Source: an uncultured Candidatus Saccharibacteria bacterium
Lineage (GTDB): Bacteria; Patescibacteriota; Minisyncoccia; Phycocordibacterales; JABMNX01
Assembly: GCA_964575755.1 (NCBI GenBank)
Contig: CAZNRH010000002.1
Span: forward strand, 70,351-134,350
Length of the DNA stretch: 64,000 bases
Direction of reading: 5' to 3'
Positions 8,610 to 18,773 of the stretch are shown piece after piece (positions within the stretch are counted from its first letter, which is position 1; the number at the start of each line of letters is the position of its first letter). The position numbers and the translations under genes were made by a program. The notes below the pieces were generated by a model. That model was given only the letters and a program-made list of their open reading frames with translations. It had not been told where the DNA came from and ran no database searches.

Positions 8610-9476
8610 ATGGAGACACATGTTAAACAACTTAAATCCTCTGAATTTCCACACCTATTAAAAGAAACATCTGACCCACCAAAAGAGCTGTACGTACGTG
8701 GTAAACTCCCACAACAGGACACTAAACTACTATGCGTTGTTGGTTCACGAAGACACTCTCCGTATGGGAAAGATGTGTGCGAGACACTTATTAAAGGGCT
8801 TAAGGGATTTAATATCGCAATCGTATCTGGACTTGCACTGGGCATGGATGCGACTGCACACAAAACTGCCCTTGATGTAGGTCTACCAACTATTGCCGTC
8901 CCTGGTTCTGGTTTAGATGATTCTGTCTTATATCCAAGAACAAATAAACTACTCGCACAAGATATCCTTGACGCTGGAGGAGCGCTTCTTTCAGAATTTA
9001 AACCCATGTTTCGAGCTACACCATATAGCTTTCCACAAAGGAATCGAATAATGGCCGGCATGTCTCACGCAACGCTGATAATAGAGGCTGGGGAAAGATC
9101 AGGGACTCTTATAACAGCAAGACTTGCGATGGAATACAACCGTGACGTACTCACAGTCCCAAGTTCAATATTCTCACGTCTTTCATACGGGCCGCACATG
9201 CTTATTAAAAACGGTGCTACTCCAATCACAGAGAGTGATGATATTCTCGAAGTGTTTGGACTAGAAAGAGAAGAAGCAAACCAGTCTACTGAAAAGAACA
9301 CAGAAGACCTTGGAGATGATGAAAAAAAAGTATTACATCTACTTGCACACCCTATGAAGAGAGATACTTTATTAGACGCACTCGACTTACCTATTAGAGA
9401 TATAAATATACTACTTTCTAGTATGGAATTAAAAGGTTTAATTATCGAAAGACTTGGAGAATTACGACAAACTTAA
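8610..9476 (+). CDS. dprA: DNA processing protein DprA (Smf)
   Basis: Rossmann-like DprA core LCVVGSRRHSPYG...IVSGLALGMDATAHKTAL...IAVPGSGLD. Internal Met at 8610 chosen to avoid overlap with serS. Confidence 0.8.
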   Translation: METHVKQLKSSEFPHLLKETSDPPKELYVRGKLPQQDTKLLCVVGSRRHSPYGKDVCETLIKGLKGFNIAIVSGLALGMDATAHKTALDVGLPTIAVPGSGLDDSVLYPRTNKLLAQDILDAGGALLSEFKPMFRATPYSFPQRNRIMAGMSHATLIIEAGERSGTLITARLAMEYNRDVLTVPSSIFSRLSYGPHMLIKNGATPITESDDILEVFGLEREEANQSTEKNTEDLGDDEKKVLHLLAHPMKRDTLLDALDLPIRDINILLSSMELKGLIIERLGELRQT

Positions 9477-9524
9477 CTGTCTTAACATTTGACAGATGGT
9501 TATACTTACTGTAAATATATATTC

Positions 9525-9662
9525 CTATGAATCCCGTTAGAGATAAGTCCTCCAGAGGAGACTGTCGGACACTGGGACGATATATACAACAATATAAAAT
9601 ATTATTAACACATTTAATTTTAGGACAAAGGTTGTTTACATCGGTGTCCTATCTCTAACAGG
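9525..9662 (+). repeat. start-codon-abutting inverted-repeat element (copy upstream of topA, no micro-ORF)
   Basis: 5' motif ctatgaatcccgttagagataag. 3' arm ggtgtcctatctctaacagg is immediately followed by the topA ATG. Arms pair (cccgttagagata / tatctctaacagg). Confidence 0.7.
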
Positions 9663-11870
9663 ATGAAACTATTAATTGTAGAATCGCCAGCAAAAGCAAA
9701 AACTATTTCAAAATATCTTGATGATAAATACACAGTACGCGCATCTGTGGGGCATGTTCGTGATTTACCAAAAAGTAACAAAAATGCTATCGATATAGAT
9801 GCAGGTTTTGTCCCCAACTATGAAATATCAAAAGGTAAAGAAGACATCATAAATGAACTTAAAAAACTAGCTAAAAAATCTGATGAAGTGCTCCTTGCAA
9901 CTGACCCCGACCGAGAAGGTGAAGCAATCGCATGGCACTTGAAAGAAATACTAAAACTTAAAGACCCTAAACGAGTTGTGTTTAACGAAATTACAAAAGA
10001 AGCTGTGCAAGAAGCTGTTGCACAGCCAAGATTGATAGATGACAATCTGCGTAAAGCTCAAGAAGCTAGACGCATACTAGATAGACTTGTTGGTTATGAC
10101 CTTTCTGGATTGATATGGAAAAAGCTACGCTATGGACTATCTGCAGGACGCGTTCAGTCACCCGCACTTCGAATCATAATGGAGCGTGAGCGTGAGATAC
10201 GTGCGTTTATACCTGAAGATTTTTGGGTACTAACTGCCGACGTAACAACTGCAAAAAAAGTAGCTTTTCAGCTTACGTGTACTAAAGAACCAAAAACAGA
10301 AGAAGAGGCAAAAAGGATCTGTAAAGTTGGAAAGAAGGGGGCTTGGGTGATTAAGGACGTTATAGAAACGAAAGCCAAACGCTCGCCGAAACCACCATTT
10401 ATAACATCAACACTGCAACAAGTTGCGAGCACTCGGCTAGGTTTTGCGCCAAGTCGTACTATGGGTATTGCACAGAAGTTATACGAATCTGGACATATAA
10501 CATATATGCGTACTGATAGTACCAATCTAAGCAATCAAGCACTTACCCATATTGAAGAAGTTGTTAAAGATAAGTATGGAGCTAAGTTCAGTAACAAAAA
10601 TGTATTTAAAGCCAAGAGCAAAGGTGCACAAGAAGCACATGAAGCTATTCGACCTTCAAACTTCCTTAAAGAAAGTGCTGGTAATAACGAAGACCAAAAG
10701 AGTCTCTATACTTTAATTTGGGAAAGGACTGTTGCTTCTCAGATGTCAGATGCAGAAATACTGCGCACTAAAATAACTGCCAATATAATAAATGAAACAG
10801 AAAGTAATGCTATTCCAAATTTTGCTACCAATGGATCACGAGTTATGTTTGAAGGATGGCTCAAGGCAGATCCACGAGCACGCGGTGAAGATGTTGAACT
10901 TCCCAAAGTAATGAAAGATGAACCTATAACGCTTAAAGATATGGGGTCAGAAGGTAAACAAACCCAGCCACCTTTCCGTTATACAGAGGCTGGTCTTATT
11001 AAAAAACTTGAAGAACGTGGCATTGGACGCCCCTCCACATATGCATCTATCATGAGGACACTCCAAGACCGTGAATATGTAATAAAAGAAGGACGAACTC
11101 TCTTCCCCACTGACACTGGAGATGTGGTGAGCTCATTTCTTGAGAAGAATTTTGAAAAATATATCAGTGATTCGTTTACAGCAGAGATGGAAAATGAGCT
11201 TGATGAAATAGCACAAGGAGAACGCAAATATGAAAAAACATTAAAAGATTTCTATACTCCATTTAGTAAAGATGTTAAATCAAAAGAGAGTATGGACAAG
11301 ATAACAAATCTTGGCGACGCCCCAGATGAATTTGACTGTCCTAAGTGTAAAAGCAAAATGATTATCAAGCTTGGACGAGGTGGTAAGTTTATGAGTTGCG
11401 ACAAGTTTCCAGAATGTATAGGCGCTCGGACAATAGAAGGAAAGATTATAGAACCAGACAAACCAATTGGAAAACATTCCGAAACAGGAGAGGATGTATA
11501 TCTGCTCACAGGGCGTTTTGGTCCATATGTTCAAATGGGAGCAAGTCCAGCAAAAGGAGAGAAAAAAAAAGAAAAGCCACGCCGAGCGAGCGTGCCAAAA
11601 GAAAAAGATATCGACGAAGTCACAATGATAGACGCAGAGAAATATTTGAGCCTACCTCGCATACTCGGAAAGCATCCTGAGACAAACGAAGACATCACAG
11701 CAAGCATAGGACGCTTTGGACCATTTATCGTGCATGATGGAGATTTTCGCTCACTGAAAACAGATGATGTGTACGCTATAAAATTAGATCGGGCTCTTGA
11801 AATACTAGCAGAAGAAAAAAAGACTCGAGGTAAGAAAAAGGCGGTAAAAAAGAAGGCGGTAAAAAAGTAG
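9663..11870 (+). CDS. topA: DNA topoisomerase I
   Basis: TOPRIM start MKLLIVESPAKAKTI. C-terminal zinc ribbon CPKCKS...C and a lysine-rich tail. Confidence 0.95.
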   Translation: MKLLIVESPAKAKTISKYLDDKYTVRASVGHVRDLPKSNKNAIDIDAGFVPNYEISKGKEDIINELKKLAKKSDEVLLATDPDREGEAIAWHLKEILKLKDPKRVVFNEITKEAVQEAVAQPRLIDDNLRKAQEARRILDRLVGYDLSGLIWKKLRYGLSAGRVQSPALRIIMEREREIRAFIPEDFWVLTADVTTAKKVAFQLTCTKEPKTEEEAKRICKVGKKGAWVIKDVIETKAKRSPKPPFITSTLQQVASTRLGFAPSRTMGIAQKLYESGHITYMRTDSTNLSNQALTHIEEVVKDKYGAKFSNKNVFKAKSKGAQEAHEAIRPSNFLKESAGNNEDQKSLYTLIWERTVASQMSDAEILRTKITANIINETESNAIPNFATNGSRVMFEGWLKADPRARGEDVELPKVMKDEPITLKDMGSEGKQTQPPFRYTEAGLIKKLEERGIGRPSTYASIMRTLQDREYVIKEGRTLFPTDTGDVVSSFLEKNFEKYISDSFTAEMENELDEIAQGERKYEKTLKDFYTPFSKDVKSKESMDKITNLGDAPDEFDCPKCKSKMIIKLGRGGKFMSCDKFPECIGARTIEGKIIEPDKPIGKHSETGEDVYLLTGRFGPYVQMGASPAKGEKKKEKPRRASVPKEKDIDEVTMIDAEKYLSLPRILGKHPETNEDITASIGRFGPFIVHDGDFRSLKTDDVYAIKLDRALEILAEEKKTRGKKKAVKKKAVKK

Positions 11871-11881
11871 TATCGAAAAAA

Positions 11882-11913
11882 GCCGTCGTGTTTTAGGCGA
11901 CGGCCTTTTGTTT
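11882..11913 (+). terminator. rho-independent terminator of topA
   Basis: Stem gccgtcg/cgacggc followed by ccttttgtttg. Confidence 0.65.
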
Positions 11914-11919
11914 GCTTTG

Positions 11920-12204
11920 TCATATCCCCTTCAGAAATCCTGTTGATTTTGTTCCGAATACATGAGCACCGGAAGAAGGTTCACTGGAATGACGCTTCTG
12001 CTTAGAGCGTTCTTTTTCGAACGCAATCACCTCATCTAATGAAGCACCAGGTGGAAGTTTCTTCTCCTGGTCAGTGTCGGACTTAAGTCGCTCCTGCCCA
12101 TAAGGACAATCATGGGAGTCTTCTTCGGCTCTACAGGGTCTGTCGACAACTTGCGAACAGTAGCGACACCGAGTTTTCTCAGTAGTACGATTCTTATTGC
12201 ACAT
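11920..12204 (-). CDS. hypothetical Cys-rich small protein (possible zinc ribbon)
   Basis: 94-aa ORF with CxxC...C...C spacing. Sits between topA and rel. Confidence 0.3.
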   Translation of the reverse strand: MCNKNRTTEKTRCRYCSQVVDRPCRAEEDSHDCPYGQERLKSDTDQEKKLPPGASLDEVIAFEKERSKQKRHSSEPSSGAHVFGTKSTGFLKGI

Positions 12205-12248
12205 TTTCTGTCCCTCCTAAATTTGCACAATTCTAATAAAGCAGTATA

Positions 12249-13775
12249 ATGACGATTATGATAACTGTCAAGGAAATAATTAGTCAACTTGATTCCCCAA
12301 ATGAAAAGGACATCGCCCTTATAACAAAAGCATATAATCTCTCAGAAGAGGCTCATAAAAATCAGAAACGTAAATCTGGCGAACCTTACATGACTCATGC
12401 GGCAGCAATTGGTCTAAATCTAGCGGAGATGACCATGAGTCCACGCACCATAGCCGCAGGCTTACTTCACGACACAATAGAGGACACGACCGTTACAGCT
12501 GACGACATTAAAAAGCAATTCGGTGAGGAAATTCTTTTCCTTGTTGAAGGAGTTACTAAACTAAGTTCTGTTCGATACCATGGCGCTGATCGACATAATG
12601 AAAGCCTGCGTAAGTTATTCGTTGCCACAAGTCAGGATATAAGGGTATTAATTATTAAACTTGTTGATCGATTGCACAATATGAAGACGCTGCAGTATGT
12701 GTCAAAAGAAAAACAGTTGCGCATCGCTCACGAAACACTCGAAATATATGTACCAATAGCGCACCGTCTTGGAATGGGTAGTATTCGTAAAGATTTAGAG
12801 GACTTGGCTTTTCCATATGTGTATCCAAAAGAAAGCAAACATATTTATAAACTACTTAAAGAAAGAAGTAGTGGCAAAGAAAAGCATTTACAAAAAACTC
12901 TTAAAACCATTAAAAAAGCTCTTGGCAAGGAAGGTTTTACTAATTTTAGAAGTGAGGAACGTATTAAAGGACACTATAGTTTGCATCGGAAACTTGAAAG
13001 AAAAAACTTTGATATATCAAAAATACATGACGTCTCAGCACTCCGTATTATTGTACCTACAGTAAGTGACTGTTACAAAGTCCTTGGGGTAGTTCATGGT
13101 ATATGGAGACCTCTTCCAGGTAAAATTAAAGACTATATTGCATTTCCTAAACCAAACGGATATCAAAGTATTCATACCACTGTATTTACAGGAACAGAAG
13201 GAACTATTGAGATTCAGATTCGTACAGAACAAATGCATCACGAGGCACAATTTGGAATAGCTTCGCACATTTCATATAAAGCGAAAAGTCGCGGTGAAAA
13301 AAACATTGGCATAGATTGGATACGTCAATTTATTCCTAGTATAAACATTAGGACAAAAAAATATGGCGATACTTTAAAGGCTAAACAAAAAGCTAAAGAG
13401 GATATACCAAAATGGATTAAACAGGTTGCTGAAGAAGACATAAGTTCAACAGAATTAGAAAAAGAAGAGTACTTAAAAGAAATCAAAACTGACTTTTTCA
13501 GTCATCGTGTTTTTAGTTTTACGCCAAAAGGAGATGTGATTGATCTGCCCATAGATTCAAGTCCAATTGATTTTGCTTATGCTATACACTCCGATATAGG
13601 TAACCATGTTTCTGGGGCCCTAGTAAACGGTAAAATGGCGTCTCTTGATACTAAACTTCATAATGGCGATATAGTTGAAATACAGACAAAAGAAAAAAGT
13701 AAGCCTACAAGGAAGTGGTTAGACTTTGTGAAGACTACTCTGGCGAAACGCCATATTAGAGCAACTCTCACTTAA
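12249..13775 (+). CDS. rel: bifunctional (p)ppGpp synthetase/hydrolase, RelA/SpoT family
   Basis: HD hydrolase domain. RelA_SpoT synthetase region. C-terminal TGS-like domain (FTPKGDVIDLP...NGDIVEI). Confidence 0.9.
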   Translation: MTIMITVKEIISQLDSPNEKDIALITKAYNLSEEAHKNQKRKSGEPYMTHAAAIGLNLAEMTMSPRTIAAGLLHDTIEDTTVTADDIKKQFGEEILFLVEGVTKLSSVRYHGADRHNESLRKLFVATSQDIRVLIIKLVDRLHNMKTLQYVSKEKQLRIAHETLEIYVPIAHRLGMGSIRKDLEDLAFPYVYPKESKHIYKLLKERSSGKEKHLQKTLKTIKKALGKEGFTNFRSEERIKGHYSLHRKLERKNFDISKIHDVSALRIIVPTVSDCYKVLGVVHGIWRPLPGKIKDYIAFPKPNGYQSIHTTVFTGTEGTIEIQIRTEQMHHEAQFGIASHISYKAKSRGEKNIGIDWIRQFIPSINIRTKKYGDTLKAKQKAKEDIPKWIKQVAEEDISSTELEKEEYLKEIKTDFFSHRVFSFTPKGDVIDLPIDSSPIDFAYAIHSDIGNHVSGALVNGKMASLDTKLHNGDIVEIQTKEKSKPTRKWLDFVKTTLAKRHIRATLT

Positions 13776-13792
13776 AACCATATAGAATAGAT

Positions 13793-14911
13793 CTAAATAG
13801 AAAAATTCTTTACAGAATAAAGGTCTTCGTCATTCCCGTCGTCCTCTTTCTCGTTTTCTGAACGGTCGTCTAATGGCACATCTTCTATGGAATCAGTTTT
13901 TACTGTGTCAGTGGATAATATTTCTTTAGGTGTGTCAGAACTGTCTTGTGTTCCTTGGCCTTCGGGCACGATTCCTTCTCCGGAAGGAATCGTAAATGAA
14001 ACAAGTCTTTCAATAAATTCTTCTTCTTTCTTTTCTTCAGTTTTTTCATCTTCACTAACAGTGCCATCGTGTGTTTTCGTAACTATTTCTCTATTTATTC
14101 TTTCAAGAATGCTGTGAAGATCATCCATAGTAAAGTAGTCAATGTGCACCTTTCCACCATCGTCACGTTGTTCTATCTGAACACGTGTACCAAGAGTATC
14201 TGTTAGTTGCTTTTCGAGCTCTATTACTTCTGGGTCAATTGCATATTTCTTTTTACGGACTCTGTCTTGCGCTATACGTTGTGCAATACTCTCTGCTTCT
14301 CGTACAGTAAGTTTCTTATACAAAATCTCTTTGAAGAGTGTGTGTTGTTCTTCATCTCTTCCTGTAAGCATTAAGATTGGCCTTGCATGACCTTCGGACA
14401 TCTTTCCATCTAAAATAGCCTGCTGTACCTCGTCAGGCATATTAAGTAGTCTTATGGTATTTGAAACATATTCACGACTCTTTCCTACTTTCTTACCAAC
14501 TTCTCCATGCTTTAAGCCAAACTTATCTACAAGCTGTTTAAATGCACGTGCTCTATCAATTGGATTGAGATCCTCTCGTTGAAGATTCTCAATAATTGCT
14601 AGTTCCAGCTTCATTTTGTCAGTCTCATTACTCGTCCTGATTATGACGGGGACTTGAGGAAGTCCTGCGATACAAGAAGCTCGCAAGCGTCGTTCTCCTG
14701 CTATAAGCTCGTACTCAGTAGATAGTCCACCGTCTTCCTTCTGAATCTCGTGGCGAGTAACGACAAGAGGTTGGAGTATTCCATATTGACGAATAGAGTC
14801 AGCAAGTTCTTCTAACTTACCAGCGTTAAACTCTTTACGTGGTTGAAATGGATTTGGTCGAACCTTTCCAACTTCTACCCAAAATATTGAATTGTTATAA
14901 AATTCTTCCAT
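13793..14911 (-). CDS. parB: ParB/Spo0J family partition protein with long acidic C-terminal tail
   Basis: ParB N-terminal box (PNPFQPRKEF...GILQPLVV) and HTH region. No parA adjacent in this window. Confidence 0.8.
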   Translation of the reverse strand: MEEFYNNSIFWVEVGKVRPNPFQPRKEFNAGKLEELADSIRQYGILQPLVVTRHEIQKEDGGLSTEYELIAGERRLRASCIAGLPQVPVIIRTSNETDKMKLELAIIENLQREDLNPIDRARAFKQLVDKFGLKHGEVGKKVGKSREYVSNTIRLLNMPDEVQQAILDGKMSEGHARPILMLTGRDEEQHTLFKEILYKKLTVREAESIAQRIAQDRVRKKKYAIDPEVIELEKQLTDTLGTRVQIEQRDDGGKVHIDYFTMDDLHSILERINREIVTKTHDGTVSEDEKTEEKKEEEFIERLVSFTIPSGEGIVPEGQGTQDSSDTPKEILSTDTVKTDSIEDVPLDDRSENEKEDDGNDEDLYSVKNFSI

Positions 14912-14974
14912 AATTAATTACCATTGTAACATTAAATTGTCTCTGGAATAAAATTACTGTACACTCTATTCATC

Positions 14975-15056
14975 GCTGGAGTGGTGGAATTGGTATACAC
15001 GTACGACTCAAAATCGTATGCCGCAAGGCTTGAGGGTTCAAGTCCCTCCTCCAGCA
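14975..15056 (+). tRNA. tRNA-Leu (anticodon CAA)
   Basis: Acceptor GCTGGAG/CTCCAGC. Anticodon stem TACGA/TCGTA with loop CTCAAAA. Long variable arm. Discriminator A. Confidence 0.8.
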
Positions 15057-15078
15057 CTTTGTATAGAAAACTAAATAT

Positions 15079-15115
15079 GGACTCAAAATCGTGTCTCGCA
15101 AGGGATGAGGGTTCG
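15079..15115 (+). pseudogene. partial degenerate copy of the tRNA-Leu(CAA) anticodon-to-T-arm region
   Basis: gactcaaaatcgt and tgagggttc are identical to the tRNA 22 nt upstream. The rest has diverged. Confidence 0.55.
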
Positions 15116-15299
15116 TCGAAGAAACTGTAAAAGCTGCTTTTTCAGGTTCAGGTTCAATTGCTGTAAATTCATCTTCTGGAGTTACAGAGGCAAGCCAAGA
15201 AGATGATTATGTAGAAGCCTCCGCCCAAGAAGCCAAAAAACTGCGCGACCAAATGCGTGAAGCGGGCGGTAATTGCTAATTATTTTTATGCAACGTCAA

Positions 15300-15335
15300 A
15301 CGGCGACCCTCGCAGGTCGCCGTTTTTTCTTTTTT
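15300..15335 (+). terminator. rho-independent terminator
   Basis: Stem acggcgacc/ggtcgccgt followed by tttttctttttt. Confidence 0.7.
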
Positions 15336-15349
15336 GATTAACTTCCCTC

Positions 15350-15895
15350 TTACTGTTGTTCTTTAAGATAATTAACCATTGTGTTTGCATCACTCACTTC
15401 AAAAGGATCTTCTTCATAATTGTCTGAGAGACCTTCTTCTATAAACATCTTTTTAATGACACTGTCGTCTACGAACATGCTGTATCTCCAAGAACGATCT
15501 CCAAATCCAAGATTGTCTTTCTTTACCATCATCTCCATACCACGAGTGAAATCACCATTGCCATCTGGGATTAATTTTACGTTTTCTACACCTTGAGCTA
15601 TTCCCCACTGAAACATTACAAATGCATCATTTACTGAAAGACAATATACTTCATCCACCCCAAGTTCTTTGAGTTCATCATATAAAGTCTCGTATCCTGG
15701 CAAGTGAGTAGAAGAACACGTAGGAGTAAATGCTCCTGGAAGTGCAAACACTACAATTTTTTTACCTTTAAATAAGTCGTCACTTGAAACATCTTGCCAC
15801 CTGAAAGGATTGCTTCCTTCGACACTCTCATCACGCACACGTGTCTTAAATACTACATCTGGGACCTTGTTCCCCTCCATTTTGCGATTATCCAT
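15350..15895 (-). CDS. peroxiredoxin (Prx5-like, AhpC/TSA family)
   Basis: PGAFTPTCS peroxidatic cysteine motif. Confidence 0.8.
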   Translation of the reverse strand: MDNRKMEGNKVPDVVFKTRVRDESVEGSNPFRWQDVSSDDLFKGKKIVVFALPGAFTPTCSSTHLPGYETLYDELKELGVDEVYCLSVNDAFVMFQWGIAQGVENVKLIPDGNGDFTRGMEMMVKKDNLGFGDRSWRYSMFVDDSVIKKMFIEEGLSDNYEEDPFEVSDANTMVNYLKEQQ

Positions 15896-15960
15896 GATAT
15901 GTTATCTTTGATTATATTAATTATGTGCCATATTATACCATACAGTATTGACCACAAAGA

Positions 15961-16857
15961 ATGACTATCAAAAAACCTAAAATAATAACGGTCGTAGGAC
16001 CAACGTCTTCTGGAAAGAGCGACCTAGCTGTAGAAATAGCTAAAAAATTTAATGGCGAGGTTATTTCTGTTGACTCAAGGCAGGTATACAAAGGACTCAA
16101 TATCGGTACTGGTAAAATCACAAAAACAGAAATGAAAAGAATCCCCCACCATCTACTTGATGTAGCAAATCCAAAAAAAGTATTTACAGCTTCTGATTTC
16201 GTCAAAGTTGGAAATAAGGCAATATTGGATATTTTAAAAAGAGACAAGGTTCCAGTTCTTGCTGGCGGAACAGGGTTTTATTTAAGTGCACTTTTAGGAG
16301 AGATTTCTCTTCCAAATGTACCACCAAATAAAAAACTAAGGACTTCCTTAGAAAAACTTTCAAACAAAGAACTGTTAGCTAAACTTAAAAAACTTGATCC
16401 AGAGCGTGCACAAGTAATAGACCAATACAATATTCCACAAATAATTCGCTCTATCGAAATAGCTAATGCTATAGGAAAAACTCCGAAAAGTACGTCTAAG
16501 TCTCCATATAAAGTCCTTAAAATCAGTATAGATGTAGATAAAATAGTTCTTGAAGAAAGAATTAATAAACGACTTATGTCTCGATTACGAAAAGGAATGT
16601 TAGCTGAAGCTACGCGACTTCATAAAAATGGTCTATCGTGGAAACGAATGGAGTCACTTGGACTTGAATATAGATACATGGCACGTCATCTTAAAGGAGA
16701 AATAACCAAAGATGAAATGATAGAAAGTCTAAAAATAAAAATTCGACAATACGCAAAACGTCAACGAACATGGTTCAAGAGAGGTAAAAAAATTAAATGG
16801 TTTAAACTGACTGAAATTAAGAAAATAGAGAAAGAAGTTTCAAAGTTCTTACATTAA
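15961..16857 (+). CDS. miaA: tRNA dimethylallyltransferase
   Basis: P-loop GPTSSGKS followed by VISVDSRQVYKGLNIGTGK. Confidence 0.9.
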   Translation: MTIKKPKIITVVGPTSSGKSDLAVEIAKKFNGEVISVDSRQVYKGLNIGTGKITKTEMKRIPHHLLDVANPKKVFTASDFVKVGNKAILDILKRDKVPVLAGGTGFYLSALLGEISLPNVPPNKKLRTSLEKLSNKELLAKLKKLDPERAQVIDQYNIPQIIRSIEIANAIGKTPKSTSKSPYKVLKISIDVDKIVLEERINKRLMSRLRKGMLAEATRLHKNGLSWKRMESLGLEYRYMARHLKGEITKDEMIESLKIKIRQYAKRQRTWFKRGKKIKWFKLTEIKKIEKEVSKFLH

Positions 16858-16875
16858 TAATGGCTTAAAAAAGGA

Positions 16876-16901
16876 AGCCCAGTCGCAATGCGACTGGGCT
16901 T
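16876..16901. terminator. bidirectional terminator between convergent miaA and the downstream minus-strand ORF
   Basis: Stem aagcccagtcgc/gcgactgggctt with T-runs on both strands. Confidence 0.65.
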
Positions 16902-16908
16902 AATTTAT

Positions 16909-17787
16909 TTAAAGTACTGTTGCAAAATGGACTTTGACACAATATCTTCCTTTTTTTGAGAAGTCTATTGTAAAACGTTCTTCATCCGTATAATACATAT
17001 TCACGTGTGCGTCTCGTGAAGTACTGAAAACTACATAACCAGGATCAACTAACTGTGTTTGCATTGAGTATTTGTAAAACAAGTACCCAAGTGCATTAGG
17101 AAACTCTTGAATTTCCCAAACTTTCCCAAGCATGAAATCTTTATTTGCATCACCGTTAACAGCATGGAATCTTGTTTTCATGATCACAACACTTCGCACA
17201 TTCTCAGGGTCAGACTTCCTAAGTGAGGATAGCTCATCCCAGATAATTCGTGCCAGCTTACTTGAACAATCATTGAGATCTCGCATCTCTTTGGGTGAAT
17301 AGTCGTCTTCAGTCTTGTCACCCATGAGTTGGTTCAGTAGTTCTTGTTCGAGTACTTTAAAGGAAGGAGGTATGAGCTGAGTAAATTCAGTGAACGGAAA
17401 GACGCTATAGATGTCGAGTCCTCCAGTATAACGGTTACATTGCACAAGAGATTTGCCGTTGCCAAGGTCAGGTCTTGCAACACCAAGATTAAATTCTGCT
17501 TCTGAAATCATGCTTTCACCATGCTTGCGAGCTCTTACGTAAACGTCTTTAATTTTTTTGTTCAACTTAATTGCAAGTGCAAAAACATCTGGGTCAAAAT
17601 GATATAAACTGTCGTCGCTTGAACGATGGTCGTACAAAAAGAAGCGGCTTTCTTTCATAAGATCAAGAACTACTTGTAAAGCGTGCTCAGCTTGTGCTTC
17701 AGTAAATTCAAAATTGGTCATTGTGGTGTTCCTTTCATGGAGTACCAGTTTTTCAAAGATCAAAGGTGTCGCATTATGCGGTACCAA
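16909..17787 (-). CDS. hypothetical protein (true start may be the internal Met at about 17721)
   Basis: 292-aa ORF with no recognisable motifs. Confidence 0.45.
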   Translation of the reverse strand: MVPHNATPLIFEKLVLHERNTTMTNFEFTEAQAEHALQVVLDLMKESRFFLYDHRSSDDSLYHFDPDVFALAIKLNKKIKDVYVRARKHGESMISEAEFNLGVARPDLGNGKSLVQCNRYTGGLDIYSVFPFTEFTQLIPPSFKVLEQELLNQLMGDKTEDDYSPKEMRDLNDCSSKLARIIWDELSSLRKSDPENVRSVVIMKTRFHAVNGDANKDFMLGKVWEIQEFPNALGYLFYKYSMQTQLVDPGYVVFSTSRDAHVNMYYTDEERFTIDFSKKGRYCVKVHFATVL

Positions 17788-17853
17788 GTCTACCTTAACA
17801 AAAAATATTGAAAAGCACCATTTTAATGAAATAATGTTGGGAATCTGTTATTG

Positions 17854-17924
17854 CGGGCCCACGAGGGCTCGAACCTCGGTCGACGGTTTTGGAAACCGTT
17901 ATTCTACCACTGAACTATAGGCCC
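17854..17924 (-). tRNA. tRNA-Trp (anticodon CCA)
   Basis: Acceptor GGGCCTA/TGGGCCC. Anticodon stem ACGGT/ACCGT with loop TTCCAAA. Discriminator G. Confidence 0.8.
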
Positions 17925-17965
17925 AATATTTTACTAATAAACTACAAGTCACATTACTATAACGC

Positions 17966-17996
17966 AAAAACCACTTGTGAGCCAAGTGGTTTTTTA
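17966..17996 (-). terminator. terminator downstream of rpmG
   Basis: Stem aaaaaccacttg/caagtggttttt. Confidence 0.6.
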
Positions 17997-18016
17997 TAGT
18001 AAAAATATGAAGTTTT

Positions 18017-18175
18017 TTACTTCTTGGCTTCTTTGTGAACCACCTGCTTTCTACACCACTTACAAAACTTCTTGAGCTCAATCTTTCGCTCAACTAGTTT
18101 CTTGTTTTTACTTGTCCAGTAATTAACTCTTTTGCAGTCCTGGCAATTCAGTTTTAATAGTCTATCTTGTGACAT
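18017..18175 (-). CDS. rpmG: 50S ribosomal protein L33
   Basis: 52-aa ORF below the ORF-track cutoff. MSQDRLLKLNCQDCKRVNYWTSKNKK...LKKFCKWCRKQVVHKEAKK carries the L33 CxxC...CxxC zinc ribbon. rpmG-tRNA-Trp synteny. Confidence 0.75.
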   Translation of the reverse strand: MSQDRLLKLNCQDCKRVNYWTSKNKKLVERKIELKKFCKWCRKQVVHKEAKK

Positions 18176-18263
18176 ATGTTTTACTTATATATTCAATTTA
18201 ACTCACACACTATATGCGATAATCTATACTAAGTCAATGAATTAAGGCTGTTTATATAAGATA

Positions 18264-18773
18264 TTAAAAGGATGGCCCATATTCTTGTACACTACTATTT
18301 ACTTTCACTGGTGATGTGTCCTTTATTAGAGTATTGGACTGTGTTGATGTTTGGGATGATGAAGTATTACAGTTAACGCCCTTGAGTACATCAGTAATCT
18401 TACCTACACCGTCTCCAGTTAAGGTTGTAAGTAGAACGTTTACCACTAACCATCCCGTAAGAATAATTATAATTCCTATAAATGCATTAGTGAATATACT
18501 CTTAGCGTTAGATATTCTCCCCGGATCACTCCCTCCAGTGAAATAAAGAAATCCTGCATATGCAAACAAAAGTGCAACAACCGCAAAGGATACTTTTATT
18601 ATAAAATTGATAACGTTTTCAGCTAGTAATGCTAAGTGACACATATTACACTCTGGTCCATCGCACGGAACAAGTCCCCCTTGGGCATAGGAAATCTCTG
18701 GAGAGATAAAAAACACACCAAGCCCAGTAACCAATATAAAGGCGATAACGAGTATTATGGTTATGTTTTTCAT
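18264..18773 (-). CDS. secreted/membrane pilin-like protein (TrbC/VirB2-like fold)
   Basis: Signal peptide, then two TM helices (FAVVALLFAYAGFLYF and FIGIIIILTGWLVVNVLL) and a Ser/Thr-rich tail. Confidence 0.5.
   Translation of the reverse strand: MKNITIILVIAFILVTGLGVFFISPEISYAQGGLVPCDGPECNMCHLALLAENVINFIIKVSFAVVALLFAYAGFLYFTGGSDPGRISNAKSIFTNAFIGIIIILTGWLVVNVLLTTLTGDGVGKITDVLKGVNCNTSSSQTSTQSNTLIKDTSPVKVNSSVQEYGPSF

Noticed and set aside
17899-18093. 64-aa minus-strand ORF
   Set aside because: Overlaps tRNA-Trp and is out of frame with the real rpmG gene found in the same interval.
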